Virus record (IMG/VR): IMGVR_UViG_3300005613_000046
Coordinates: 8,052 to 72,051 of that record
Strand: one strand, 5' to 3'
DNA: 64,000 bases
From: a virus
Below the pieces are notes generated by a model, which did no database searches, was not told the DNA's origin, and was given only the letters and a program-made list of their open reading frames with translations. Shown one piece after another: positions 28,546-37,124 of the stretch; within the stretch, counting starts at the first letter, position 1; each line of letters starts with the position of its first letter. Made by a program: the position numbers and the translations under genes.

Positions 28546-28712
28546 TTTTTTCTTTCTTCAAGAATTTCAGTTCTTAATTGTTGTAAAAGGGACTTAATGT
28601 CTTGAGAAGTTTTTCTTGCTCTTGTTCCGGCACTTTTGTTTCCAGCGTAAAATTTAGTAACATCTACACTTAATTGTTCAGCAAGCTCCTTAAATTTTTC
28701 TAATGTTTCCAT
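28542..28712 (-). CDS. Histone H1-like Hc1-family nucleoid protein (56 aa)
   Basis: Absent from the track; hand translation contains KFYAGNKSAGTRARK, the Hc1-family signature. Confidence 0.8.
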   Translation of the reverse strand: METLEKFKELAEQLSVDVTKFYAGNKSAGTRARKTSQDIKSLLQQLRTEILEERKK

Positions 28713-28773
28713 TTTCTTAAAAATTATAGTTTATTTGTATGTATAATACTTGTCCTTAACGGTATTGTAAAGA

Positions 28774-29241
28774 CTATAGTATTAGATTTTTATCTAAAGA
28801 CTTATAGATATTATAGATTAAATCTAAATCCACTTGAGTGAAAGGTTTATCTCTATTAAATAAGTCGTTGAAAAAAACGTCAATCGAATTTCTTATCTCC
28901 TCTTTTGATTGTTTATAAAAAATTTCATCAAATAGATTTAAAAAATATTTGTAATGATCTCCGTCTAAATTAAAATTTATATTTTCTTTTTTGAAGTTTT
29001 CTATTGTTTTAGTCCAACACCATTCAAAATGGTTTAAATCGTCTTCATCTGTTGTATTTATTTGGGTTTCACTTTTTTCATTTATAGATCCCAAATATGT
29101 TGTTTTAATTAATAAAAATAAACTATATGAAAAATCATAATATAACTCCATTTTTTCAGGAATTATATAATTTGACCTAAACCAAAGATCAACGTCTTCG
29201 GGGTTTAAATTTTTAGTTATGTAGTTAAAAAAATTATCCAT
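28774..29241 (-). CDS. Hypothetical protein
   Basis: 155-aa aromatic-rich ORF. Confidence 0.7.
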   Translation of the reverse strand: MDNFFNYITKNLNPEDVDLWFRSNYIIPEKMELYYDFSYSLFLLIKTTYLGSINEKSETQINTTDEDDLNHFEWCWTKTIENFKKENINFNLDGDHYKYFLNLFDEIFYKQSKEEIRNSIDVFFNDLFNRDKPFTQVDLDLIYNIYKSLDKNLIL

Positions 29242-29289
29242 AGCTATTACTAACTATGGATAATATAAGTTAAGGTCTTTTTTTGTAAA

Positions 29290-31017
29290 TTATTGAGTCT
29301 TTCTGTTGTAACCCATAAGTGATTGAATTCTATCAAACTCCTCATTTAATTTAACATCTTTCTTTGTTTCTACAGACTCTTCTAATTTATTTAAAATACT
29401 TTGAGATGTTTTTTTACCACGTTTAGATTTTAATGATCCTCTTTCAGTATGTTCACCTGCTTGATCAACAGGTTGTGGTTGTCTTTTATAAGACGCTTTT
29501 TGTTGTTCTTGACCGTAAAGATTATCTTTAAAGTTTTTATAGAATTTTTCACCTGTTTCGCTTGGAACAACATTACCTAATGCGTTTCCGTCTTTATCTA
29601 CTTGAGCGTTTCCAGTTCTTGAGGAACCTTTCAATAAATCTTCGATCCATTCGTCATTTGGTTTAATTTCATCATATACCAAATTAGTTTGTCCGGGATA
29701 AGAAAACGCATCCACATACTCGTCAACAGCATCAGATGGTGTGTATTTCTTTCTATTACCTTTTTTCATTCCACCATTTTCAGTTGGGAATTTTTTGGTT
29801 TCTTTCATCTCATATTTTGACCCATCATCAGACATACCTTTTAAATAGTCTGTCATTTTTTTAGCAACGCTTTTCAAATAATCGTCATTCTCTTTTTTGT
29901 CCGCCTTATGAGCTCTTTCGTATTCTCTATAACCTTTTGGTTCTGATTTATTAAATTTTGTTTCTTCAACAACTATATTTTCAATAAGATCAATTAAGTC
30001 CGACTCAGTGTAAAGAATTGATTCTTTAACTTTAGCTTTACCCTTTCCTTTCCATCCTTGTTTCGCTCTTTTGGCAAAATATAATTGACTCATCTTGGTT
30101 CTATTTTTTTGTGGAACTTTTTTTCCGTCTTCCTTGAACTTGTCATTTTGTTTTTTCAATTTACTAATTGCTGAGTTTAACTCTTCAATTGACATGTCTG
30201 AATATTCACCAGTTTGTTCTACCTCGACATCTCCTTCCCATTTTTCATTTACTTGATATTTTTTTCCGTCAACTTCAAAGGTATCTTTTCCTTCTATCTC
30301 TCTGTCAAATTCAACTTCATAAAGTTGTTCAGTTTCATCTTGTTGTTTTCTTAACATTTTGAAGTCTTCTTTATCTATTCTTCCGTTTTTGTTTCTATCT
30401 AACTTATGTTGCTTACCGTATAATTTCTCATCTAATTCTTCTTCAGATAAATCTAATTCGAAATCAAATTCTTCATCATCACCTTCTTTTTTTGCTATTT
30501 CTTTCTCTCCACCACTTACAAGTTTATCTTGATATGCCCATAACTCATCTTCACTACCAAAATTACGCATTCTTTCATATTCATCATGTGAATACCAACT
30601 TTCATCTAATTCGAAATCATCATCTCTTTTATTTCTTTTTCTTGGTTTGTAATCCTCCTCATCATCTTCGTCTTCATCTTCCATTCCGTATAACAAGTCT
30701 TCCATTTGTTTTTTAGTTAACTTTGAAAGATTTTTGTCTCCAAACTTAGGATGAGAATCTTCCATACCTCCAAGCTCCATGACTTCCCCTTTTCCACCAC
30801 ATTGTTCACATGTTTCACCTTCTTTTATTTCACCACCACACTGTTCACATGTTTCACCTTCATTCATTTCCTCTTCAACGTAATCAAATTCATTTTCAGG
30901 GTATAGTTCAGTTTCTTCATCGTAATTTAATTTTGTCATTAAAGAATCCGCCTTCTCTTGAAGACTTTCTCTAAGAATTTTTTTAAATCTTGATATTACA
31001 AATTGTTCTTTATTCAT
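29290..31017 (-). CDS. Acidic prohead core/scaffold-like protein with tandem CxxC and an EF-hand-like loop
   Basis: ILRE leader; two copies of EGETCEQCGG; DRNKNGRIDKED; C-terminal LNEEFDRIQSLMGY; ATATTTAT at 31032-31039. Confidence 0.55.
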   Translation of the reverse strand: MNKEQFVISRFKKILRESLQEKADSLMTKLNYDEETELYPENEFDYVEEEMNEGETCEQCGGEIKEGETCEQCGGKGEVMELGGMEDSHPKFGDKNLSKLTKKQMEDLLYGMEDEDEDDEEDYKPRKRNKRDDDFELDESWYSHDEYERMRNFGSEDELWAYQDKLVSGGEKEIAKKEGDDEEFDFELDLSEEELDEKLYGKQHKLDRNKNGRIDKEDFKMLRKQQDETEQLYEVEFDREIEGKDTFEVDGKKYQVNEKWEGDVEVEQTGEYSDMSIEELNSAISKLKKQNDKFKEDGKKVPQKNRTKMSQLYFAKRAKQGWKGKGKAKVKESILYTESDLIDLIENIVVEETKFNKSEPKGYREYERAHKADKKENDDYLKSVAKKMTDYLKGMSDDGSKYEMKETKKFPTENGGMKKGNRKKYTPSDAVDEYVDAFSYPGQTNLVYDEIKPNDEWIEDLLKGSSRTGNAQVDKDGNALGNVVPSETGEKFYKNFKDNLYGQEQQKASYKRQPQPVDQAGEHTERGSLKSKRGKKTSQSILNKLEESVETKKDVKLNEEFDRIQSLMGYNRKTQ

Positions 31018-31041
31018 TTTTACTTTTTTTTATAAATATCT

Positions 31042-31800
31042 TTATCTTTTTGTTTTTCTGACTTCTTGGTATATTATTTCAGAAATAAACTCTTTATCCA
31101 AATTATAAGTTTTCGAGACACTTTCAATTGCGTTTTGAACTGATTGGTTTTCAAAAATTTTAAGTGCGTTTATGTCACCTTGATTACAATAAGGAAACTT
31201 CTTACACTTCTTTTTTACTTGAACAAACTTTCCACCTTTATATAGTGGTTTAGAATAACCTCTGAAATCTTTTTTATTTAAAGACTTTGCCCAAATTGCG
31301 GGTGATGAATATTGACCAGATGATGCCGATGTTGTTGCCTCTTTTGTTTCAACTTTTTTAACATCATCATCATCCAATTCCTCTCTAACTGTTTTCACTC
31401 CTTTAACAATATCCCCTTTTGTGGTTGAAAATAATGGTGCTGAGTATCCACCAGCAGAAGCTGCTCCCATAGCCTCTTTAGACTCTTCTTTTTTTGTTGT
31501 TTTTGAATTTAGTATTGATTCCAAAAAATCATTTAGTTTTTCAGGTTCCTTTAAGAATTTTCTAAGTTTTTCTTTAATTTGGTTATTTGATAGTTTTTTA
31601 TTTTTTATCGTTTTGTAAACATCAATAACATCTTCATCTTGTTTTAAATATCTTAAATAAGATGGTTTTTTTTTGTTTTCAGTTTCTTTAAACTCCTCTT
31701 TTGATTTTTCAATATTGGAAATGACATTTCTTCTTTGTTCAGGATTACCTGCCAATGAACTTGTAACTGCGTCAATTAAATTACTAGTAATATCTTTCAT
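31042..31800 (-). CDS. Hypothetical (head-associated?) protein
   Basis: Internal repeat ExKEA..ASxGxYSxP; CKKFPYC. Confidence 0.65.
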   Translation of the reverse strand: MKDITSNLIDAVTSSLAGNPEQRRNVISNIEKSKEEFKETENKKKPSYLRYLKQDEDVIDVYKTIKNKKLSNNQIKEKLRKFLKEPEKLNDFLESILNSKTTKKEESKEAMGAASAGGYSAPLFSTTKGDIVKGVKTVREELDDDDVKKVETKEATTSASSGQYSSPAIWAKSLNKKDFRGYSKPLYKGGKFVQVKKKCKKFPYCNQGDINALKIFENQSVQNAIESVSKTYNLDKEFISEIIYQEVRKTKR

Positions 31801-32045
31801 TATACACTTCTAAATTTTTGTTCCCAAAATCCTCTTTGTTGATACATCACGGTGAAATATTCTTGAAAAGATTTTAACACAATATCCTTCACGTCACCTT
31901 TTAATTTACCTTTTTTTATTTCTTGAGAAAGTTTATCTATTAATTTTTTTTCAAATTGTTTTGCGTTATTTGAATCAAAAAAATCTTTAATTTCTTTTCT
32001 AATCATTACTTCAATTTCTTTTTTATCTGTTTGTGTTAAAGCCAT
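31800..32045 (-). CDS. Hypothetical protein
   Basis: 81-aa translationally coupled ORF. Confidence 0.65.
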   Translation of the reverse strand: MALTQTDKKEIEVMIRKEIKDFFDSNNAKQFEKKLIDKLSQEIKKGKLKGDVKDIVLKSFQEYFTVMYQQRGFWEQKFRSV

Positions 32046-32458
32046 TATTTTGTTATTGCTAAGTATGTTAATGGAACAATTATAATTGCCGATATTATAT
32101 TATATAAACCATTTTTGGTTTTAAGTCTTTTGTTTTCTTTTTTTAAATCTTCATTTTCAGATTTATAAATGTCGATTGCTTTGTTTTTTTCAGAAATAAT
32201 TTCCCGATTTAAATTATCTTCTTTCTCCCATGATTCATTTTCTTTTTTTAATAAATCAACTTTTTTACTTAATTGGTAGGTTTCTTCTTTATATGTTTTC
32301 GACACCTCTTGAAGTTTGTCGTAGTTGTTTAGATCAATAAGAATTTTTTTAGCAACAGAATATGGAATACACATTTCAGTTGTATCTGAATTAGTTTTTT
32401 GTGAAAATACCAATACATTCACAAATAAGACCATTAAAAATATTATGTTTTTTTTCAT
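32045..32458 (-). CDS. Signal peptide + coiled coil + C-terminal TM protein (spanin-like candidate)
   Basis: Start MKKNIIFLMVLF; heptad region; hydrophobic C-terminus. Confidence 0.5.
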   Translation of the reverse strand: MKKNIIFLMVLFVNVLVFSQKTNSDTTEMCIPYSVAKKILIDLNNYDKLQEVSKTYKEETYQLSKKVDLLKKENESWEKEDNLNREIISEKNKAIDIYKSENEDLKKENKRLKTKNGLYNIISAIIIVPLTYLAITK

Positions 32459-32459
32459 A

Positions 32460-32813
32460 TTAAAAGTTATATCGTGTTTTAAATAAACTATCAATTTTTT
32501 TCTTGTCGGCACTTTTAATCTCGTCTTCTTTAATTGTATAATAATTATTTATTTCATTTCTTTGTAATCTAATTTTAGATATTTTACCGTCAATTTCCAT
32601 AATTTGTGTTCTATAAACTTTAATAGAATCTTTTAAATCTTTTTGTAATTTTTCAATATTTTTAACTTTTTCATCGATTTGGTCTAATTTATATTGATTC
32701 AACTCACTATGGTTCGGTGTTGGTGTAAAAACTCTAATTAATAAATAAATAAAAATAACACCCAATATTGTTAGAGTAATTGTTTTCCAATTATATGTTA
32801 AAAAGTCTTTCAT
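32460..32813 (-). CDS. N-terminal TM + coiled-coil protein (i-spanin-like candidate)
   Basis: One TM helix followed by heptads; near the amidase-like gene. Confidence 0.5.
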   Translation of the reverse strand: MKDFLTYNWKTITLTILGVIFIYLLIRVFTPTPNHSELNQYKLDQIDEKVKNIEKLQKDLKDSIKVYRTQIMEIDGKISKIRLQRNEINNYYTIKEDEIKSADKKKIDSLFKTRYNF

Positions 32814-33385
32814 TAATTTTCTAATCTTGAAGCAACTATTTTACTCCATTTTGTTTTAAATTTTTCGTAAAATGACTGAAGTTTTGGGATCATCTCTAAA
32901 TATTTCTCGTCCAATTTCATCATATCACCGTTTATGTATATTCCATTTGGTTCTTTAATTGTAAAGAAGAATTCTAAATCCAATTCTAAGATTTTACCTG
33001 ACCATTCAACGTTGTCATGATAAACATTTAATTTATCAAACTCAGATAGCTCGGCAACATCATTTCTAAACTCATCAACACTTTCAACAAACGCATTTTT
33101 TTCATCAGTTGTTAGTTGAATGTCTGACTTAGATTTTCCGTGTAGAATAATAAGATTTCCTTGAACTTTATATGCCTTTTGTTTGTCCTTTGGTTTTCCA
33201 ATTTCATCCGAATCTTTTTTTGGTCCATTTTCATCTTCAGTTTCAAATTCAACTTTTTCAGTCATTTGTTCATTCAACAATCCATATTGTCTTCTAATTT
33301 GAGACTTAGAACTTTCATTAATGTTTTTAGATAAAGCTCTTCTTGAAGCTTCAATCAAATTTTTTATTTCTTCGTAATTACTCAT
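32813..33385 (-). CDS. Hypothetical protein
   Basis: 190-aa ORF with LIE, INE and LNE motifs near the N-terminus. Confidence 0.65.
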   Translation of the reverse strand: MSNYEEIKNLIEASRRALSKNINESSKSQIRRQYGLLNEQMTEKVEFETEDENGPKKDSDEIGKPKDKQKAYKVQGNLIILHGKSKSDIQLTTDEKNAFVESVDEFRNDVAELSEFDKLNVYHDNVEWSGKILELDLEFFFTIKEPNGIYINGDMMKLDEKYLEMIPKLQSFYEKFKTKWSKIVASRLEN

Positions 33386-33971
33386 TTTCTAATAATTTAT
33401 TAAATTTTTCAAAATCAAAAGCCGGACTGATGTCGGTGGCATATGAATCAAAATTAGATCTTGTTATAATACCCATAAAAGTTTCAATCCCTTTTATTTT
33501 GGTGTTATGTCCAACAAAATTCAAATTTATATTATGTTTCTTTGACAATTCTTTACACAACTCACTAGTCTTTTCTAATTGTATGTCGGTATATGGTTGC
33601 CAAAAATAATAATCCCTCCACTTTCTATCTACTATCTTTTCTTTATAAATATTACCAATCCAGTTTGAGTAATAATTTTTTAACGGAACTTTTTCTAACC
33701 ACCCAAGATTTTCTAATGATATGATAATTGATTTATAGTTTAGTGTAACACTATTAAAATAATTACTATCAAGATTTTCTTCTAACAACTTTAAAATTTT
33801 TCCATCTCTACTCACAATATAATGTGGTAATCTTGGTGGTTTTCCTAAAAATCTATACCTTAAAGAGACCATATAATCGATCAATGTTCGTGATGTATGA
33901 ACAAGAATTATTTGAGTTTTCTTGTCGACCTTTGAATAGTTTACCTCGAACTTTTGCTCTATTACATTCAT
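33378..33971 (-). CDS. Amidase_2-fold (N-acetylmuramoyl-L-alanine amidase-like) protein
   Basis: IILVHT, HYIVSRDG, SIIISLE, YTDIQL and DISPAF motifs; some Zn ligands appear substituted. Confidence 0.75.
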   Translation of the reverse strand: MNVIEQKFEVNYSKVDKKTQIILVHTSRTLIDYMVSLRYRFLGKPPRLPHYIVSRDGKILKLLEENLDSNYFNSVTLNYKSIIISLENLGWLEKVPLKNYYSNWIGNIYKEKIVDRKWRDYYFWQPYTDIQLEKTSELCKELSKKHNINLNFVGHNTKIKGIETFMGIITRSNFDSYATDISPAFDFEKFNKLLENE

Positions 33972-33974
33972 ATA

Positions 33975-35321
33975 TTACTTTTTATATGATAATACTCTTG
34001 TGTTTTCTTCTTCTTTAGATTCTTCTGGAGTGACTCTAACTTCAATTATCTTTTCAACTTCTTTGATTACTTCAACAGGAACCTCAACGATCTTTTCAAC
34101 CTCAACAATTCTATCAACAGGAACCTCAACGATCTTTTCAACCTCAACAATTTTATCTACAGGAATGTGAATAATTTTTTCAACCTCAGTTGGGACTTCA
34201 ACGATCTTTTCAACTTCTCTAATAACTTCAAAGGGAACTTCACGAACAACTTCAACAACTCTATCAACAGGAACTTCACGAACTACTTCAACAACTCTAT
34301 CTACAGGAACTTCAACTATTTTTTCAACTTCCACAATCTTTTCAACCTCAACGATTCTATCAACAGGAACCTCAACAATCTTCTCAACTTCCACAATTTT
34401 TTCAATAACTTCAGGTTCAACTTGTGGTGTATCGATGGGATAAAAATAACTTTCAGGAACCTCAACTTCATCTTGAAACGGGTATTCTTCATATTCAGGT
34501 TTAATCTCGTCCTCTTCTTTTCTTCTGAAATGTTTGAATGCTTGGTTTGTTGAAATCACAAGGGCTATTGCCAAAGGATCGAAAACAAAAATCAAAGTTA
34601 GAATAAAGAAGTTTGCGGTTTTTTTAATTTCCCATCCTGTAATTTCACTTAGATATTTAATGGCTCCTAACTCACCAGTTTCAATTTCTTTTGACGAAAT
34701 GTCCAAAATCTGAATATCCAAATTTGTAATACTATCATTTAACGCATCAATTCTTGATGTAATAGTATCTCTATTTTGTTGAGCAATTTTTAATTGTGAT
34801 TCAAAAGCTCTTCTATTTCCAGCATTTGCTCTTGTCACAACTTGACCTGATTGTCTATCTACACTTTGTGTTGTTGTATTTGTTGAAAGGGCGTTTCTTA
34901 AACTTGTTATATCTTTATCTAACCCTTTCTTTTCTTTTTGATATTCTTTTTTGATTTCTTCAAATCTTCCTTTTTTTACCTCAATATTTTCAACTTTTTT
35001 ATTGTTAATCTCAAGACCCGCAATACTTTTTTGAAACCCTGTCGCCAAAAGTCCGTAAATACCTATGGAAGTTAAAATCGATAATGTGACAAGTGCCAAT
35101 GTTAGATATGTTTTTAACACACCATAAACTTTAGTCCAACTATCGTGAAGATAAGTGGCGATCGCCATTTTGGATATTTCTAAAAATGATCCCATTATAA
35201 TCACAGGGATTGCAACTCCTGAAAATATGATTGAAAGTCCGTATACACTATAATATGCCGCAGTTCCTGATAGTCCAAGTGCGCAGAACAATAAGAGCCA
35301 TGGTAAAAATTTACTATTCAT
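33975..35321 (-). CDS. Multi-TM coiled-coil protein with alveolin/articulin-like VPV repeats
   Basis: Three N-terminal TMs, a coiled coil, a TM (FVFDPLA), then EKIVEVP/EVVR repeats; ATATTTAT at 35334-35341. Confidence 0.75.
   Translation of the reverse strand: MNSKFLPWLLLFCALGLSGTAAYYSVYGLSIIFSGVAIPVIIMGSFLEISKMAIATYLHDSWTKVYGVLKTYLTLALVTLSILTSIGIYGLLATGFQKSIAGLEINNKKVENIEVKKGRFEEIKKEYQKEKKGLDKDITSLRNALSTNTTTQSVDRQSGQVVTRANAGNRRAFESQLKIAQQNRDTITSRIDALNDSITNLDIQILDISSKEIETGELGAIKYLSEITGWEIKKTANFFILTLIFVFDPLAIALVISTNQAFKHFRRKEEDEIKPEYEEYPFQDEVEVPESYFYPIDTPQVEPEVIEKIVEVEKIVEVPVDRIVEVEKIVEVEKIVEVPVDRVVEVVREVPVDRVVEVVREVPFEVIREVEKIVEVPTEVEKIIHIPVDKIVEVEKIVEVPVDRIVEVEKIVEVPVEVIKEVEKIIEVRVTPEESKEEENTRVLSYKK
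34030..34420 (-). repeat. Coding tandem repeats (VEKIVE / VPVDRIVE)
   Basis: Imperfect 18- and 24-nt units, e.g. aacctcaacgatcttttc. Confidence 0.85.
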
Positions 35322-35445
35322 TGTTTTTATTTTATAAATATCAAAATAATTAATTTGACATGAAATATAAACCCTATAAAGATAGAATTGGGGTTTACCT
35401 TGGTGAGTTCATTATTTAATAATTTTTTTAAGATATTTATTTTAT

Positions 35446-36069
35446 ATGAAAAATTTAATTAAAAATATTTTAAATGAATATTTTAATGAAAAAAATATAA
35501 TATTACGTGAGATAAATTTACCTGATAGAATTTTTAATTTATTAATCACAGAAGGAACTGCCACAGTAAAGATACCAGAAGGGTTGGAGTCTTCATTAAA
35601 AAAATACATTTCTAAAAAATTTAATTGGCCTCCCACTGTCGATTCAAAATGGTGTAGTGATATAAAAGAAAAAATTAATAAAGATGGGAGACTAGTTAAA
35701 TCTTGTAATAAAATATTCGAAATTGAATTGACTAATCATTGGTTAAAAAGACTTTTTAGAAAAAACGAACCTGAATACCAAAAAGGCGGAAAATTTCAAA
35801 ATAAAAAATTTGAAAACCCAAAGAAAACCGAGGGTATTGATTTATTTTTCAATAGTTCCAAAAAAATAAATGATTTTATAGATAATTCTCATAATTGGCA
35901 AGTCAATGATTCAAAACTTATATTATTAACTGATTTAAGTAATAAGTATCAAGTTATAATAGAGTTAAAAAAAGAAAAAAGATCAAATTATATTGCAAGG
36001 TTTATAACACAAATTAAGGGTGAAAAATTTTTCGATACACCAGAATTAAGAAAATCAATAAGATTATAA
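35446..36069 (+). CDS. Leader-bearing basic protein
   Basis: MKNLIKNILNEY..ILRE..LITE; ATATTTAT at 35433-35440. Confidence 0.65.
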   Translation: MKNLIKNILNEYFNEKNIILREINLPDRIFNLLITEGTATVKIPEGLESSLKKYISKKFNWPPTVDSKWCSDIKEKINKDGRLVKSCNKIFEIELTNHWLKRLFRKNEPEYQKGGKFQNKKFENPKKTEGIDLFFNSSKKINDFIDNSHNWQVNDSKLILLTDLSNKYQVIIELKKEKRSNYIARFITQIKGEKFFDTPELRKSIRL

Positions 36070-36095
36070 AAAAAGGGTGGATTTTACTCCACCCT
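36068..36095 (-). terminator. Intrinsic terminator of the candidate ncRNA
   Basis: AGGGTGGA-GTAAAA-TCCACCCT followed by a U tract on the minus strand. Confidence 0.85.
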
Positions 36096-36272
36096 AATTG
36101 ATTTCATATCGAGAAATCGGTCGTCCATTGGGCTGTGTATGGATAAGCCGGTGATCACCACATTTCTGTGTATTCAGTGAATGTCCCTCTTTTTCGATCA
36201 CCATAACCCTACCTAAGCAGGATTATGAAACTTTTTTAATGGAAAGCCACAAAACCAATTGTCTAATTCAAC
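36096..36272 (-). ncRNA. Candidate structured ncRNA (closing stem plus three hairpin arms)
   Basis: Own consensus promoter and terminator; the 5' and 3' ends pair; three internal stems; locally higher GC. Confidence 0.6.
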
Positions 36273-36276
36273 ACTA

Positions 36277-36307
36277 CAAAGATAATACAATTTTTTAAAC
36301 CGCCAAA
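36277..36307 (-). promoter_or_regulatory. Bacteroidota sigmaA promoter driving the candidate ncRNA
   Basis: TTTG-N19-TATCTTTG. Confidence 0.75.
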
Positions 36308-36314
36308 AATTATT

Positions 36315-37115
36315 TTATAAATAGTCAAATAATTCAGAAGAGTCGTTTCGTAGTCGACGAAGAGCCTTTTCTTTGATCTGACGAACTCTTTCTTTGGTTA
36401 GACCAAAGTCTGAACCAATGTCCTCCAAAGTTCGTGGTGTCCCACTTAAACCAAAGTAATCGGCTACGATAACCTTCTCACGATCATCCAATACGTGTAA
36501 AAGTTTCATTAACTTATCTTTTAGAACATCTTTGGTGTCAAATACCGCATCAGGTAATTCGGCATCCTTATTCTCAATCATATCAATCAAAGTATCACCA
36601 TCTTCATTAATATTCATATCAAGATCTATTATTGAAGGTAGTGTTGAAAACTTATCCTCAAGTTTTTTTCCTGATTGTTCCACCTCTTTTTTTGCCCTTT
36701 GTAGATCTTGAACTACATTGACCGGTAGACGAATTGTTCTTGCGTTATCATTTAACGATTGAATGATTGATTGTTTGATCCACCATACACCATAAGAAAT
36801 GAAACGTAAATCTTTGTTCCAATCAAAGTTTTTAATCGCCTTCATAAGTCCAAGGTTTCCTTCAGCAATAAGATCTGACATATCAAGTCCTTGATTTTGA
36901 TATTGTTTTGCAACCGTAATAACAAAACGAAGATTTCCTTCAATAAGTTCCCTTTCTATTCTTTTTCGTTCAGATGTGGGAGTATCTTCTGACTTCATTT
37001 TTTTTGCCAGTTCTCGCTCTCGTTCTGCAGTCATTACCTTAATTTTTCTAATGTCTCTAAGGTAGTGTTGAAGTTCGTCTTGATTAATGTGTGCTCCTGT
37101 GTTTTTGTCTTTCAT
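36315..37115 (-). CDS. rpoD: RNA polymerase sigma-70 factor, Bacteroidota RpoD/SigA type
   Basis: YLRDI, NLRFVITVAKQYQNQG, DLIAEGNLGL, RFISYGVWWIKQ, RTIRLP and TKERVRQIKEKALRRL motifs; no region 1.1. Confidence 0.95.
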   Translation of the reverse strand: MKDKNTGAHINQDELQHYLRDIRKIKVMTAERERELAKKMKSEDTPTSERKRIERELIEGNLRFVITVAKQYQNQGLDMSDLIAEGNLGLMKAIKNFDWNKDLRFISYGVWWIKQSIIQSLNDNARTIRLPVNVVQDLQRAKKEVEQSGKKLEDKFSTLPSIIDLDMNINEDGDTLIDMIENKDAELPDAVFDTKDVLKDKLMKLLHVLDDREKVIVADYFGLSGTPRTLEDIGSDFGLTKERVRQIKEKALRRLRNDSSELFDYL

Positions 37116-37124
37116 GTATTTGTA

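Noticed and set aside
36096-36272. 6S RNA identity for the candidate ncRNA beside the sigma gene
   Set aside because: Size and context fit, but the visible pairing is multibranched rather than a rod with a central bubble; left unnamed
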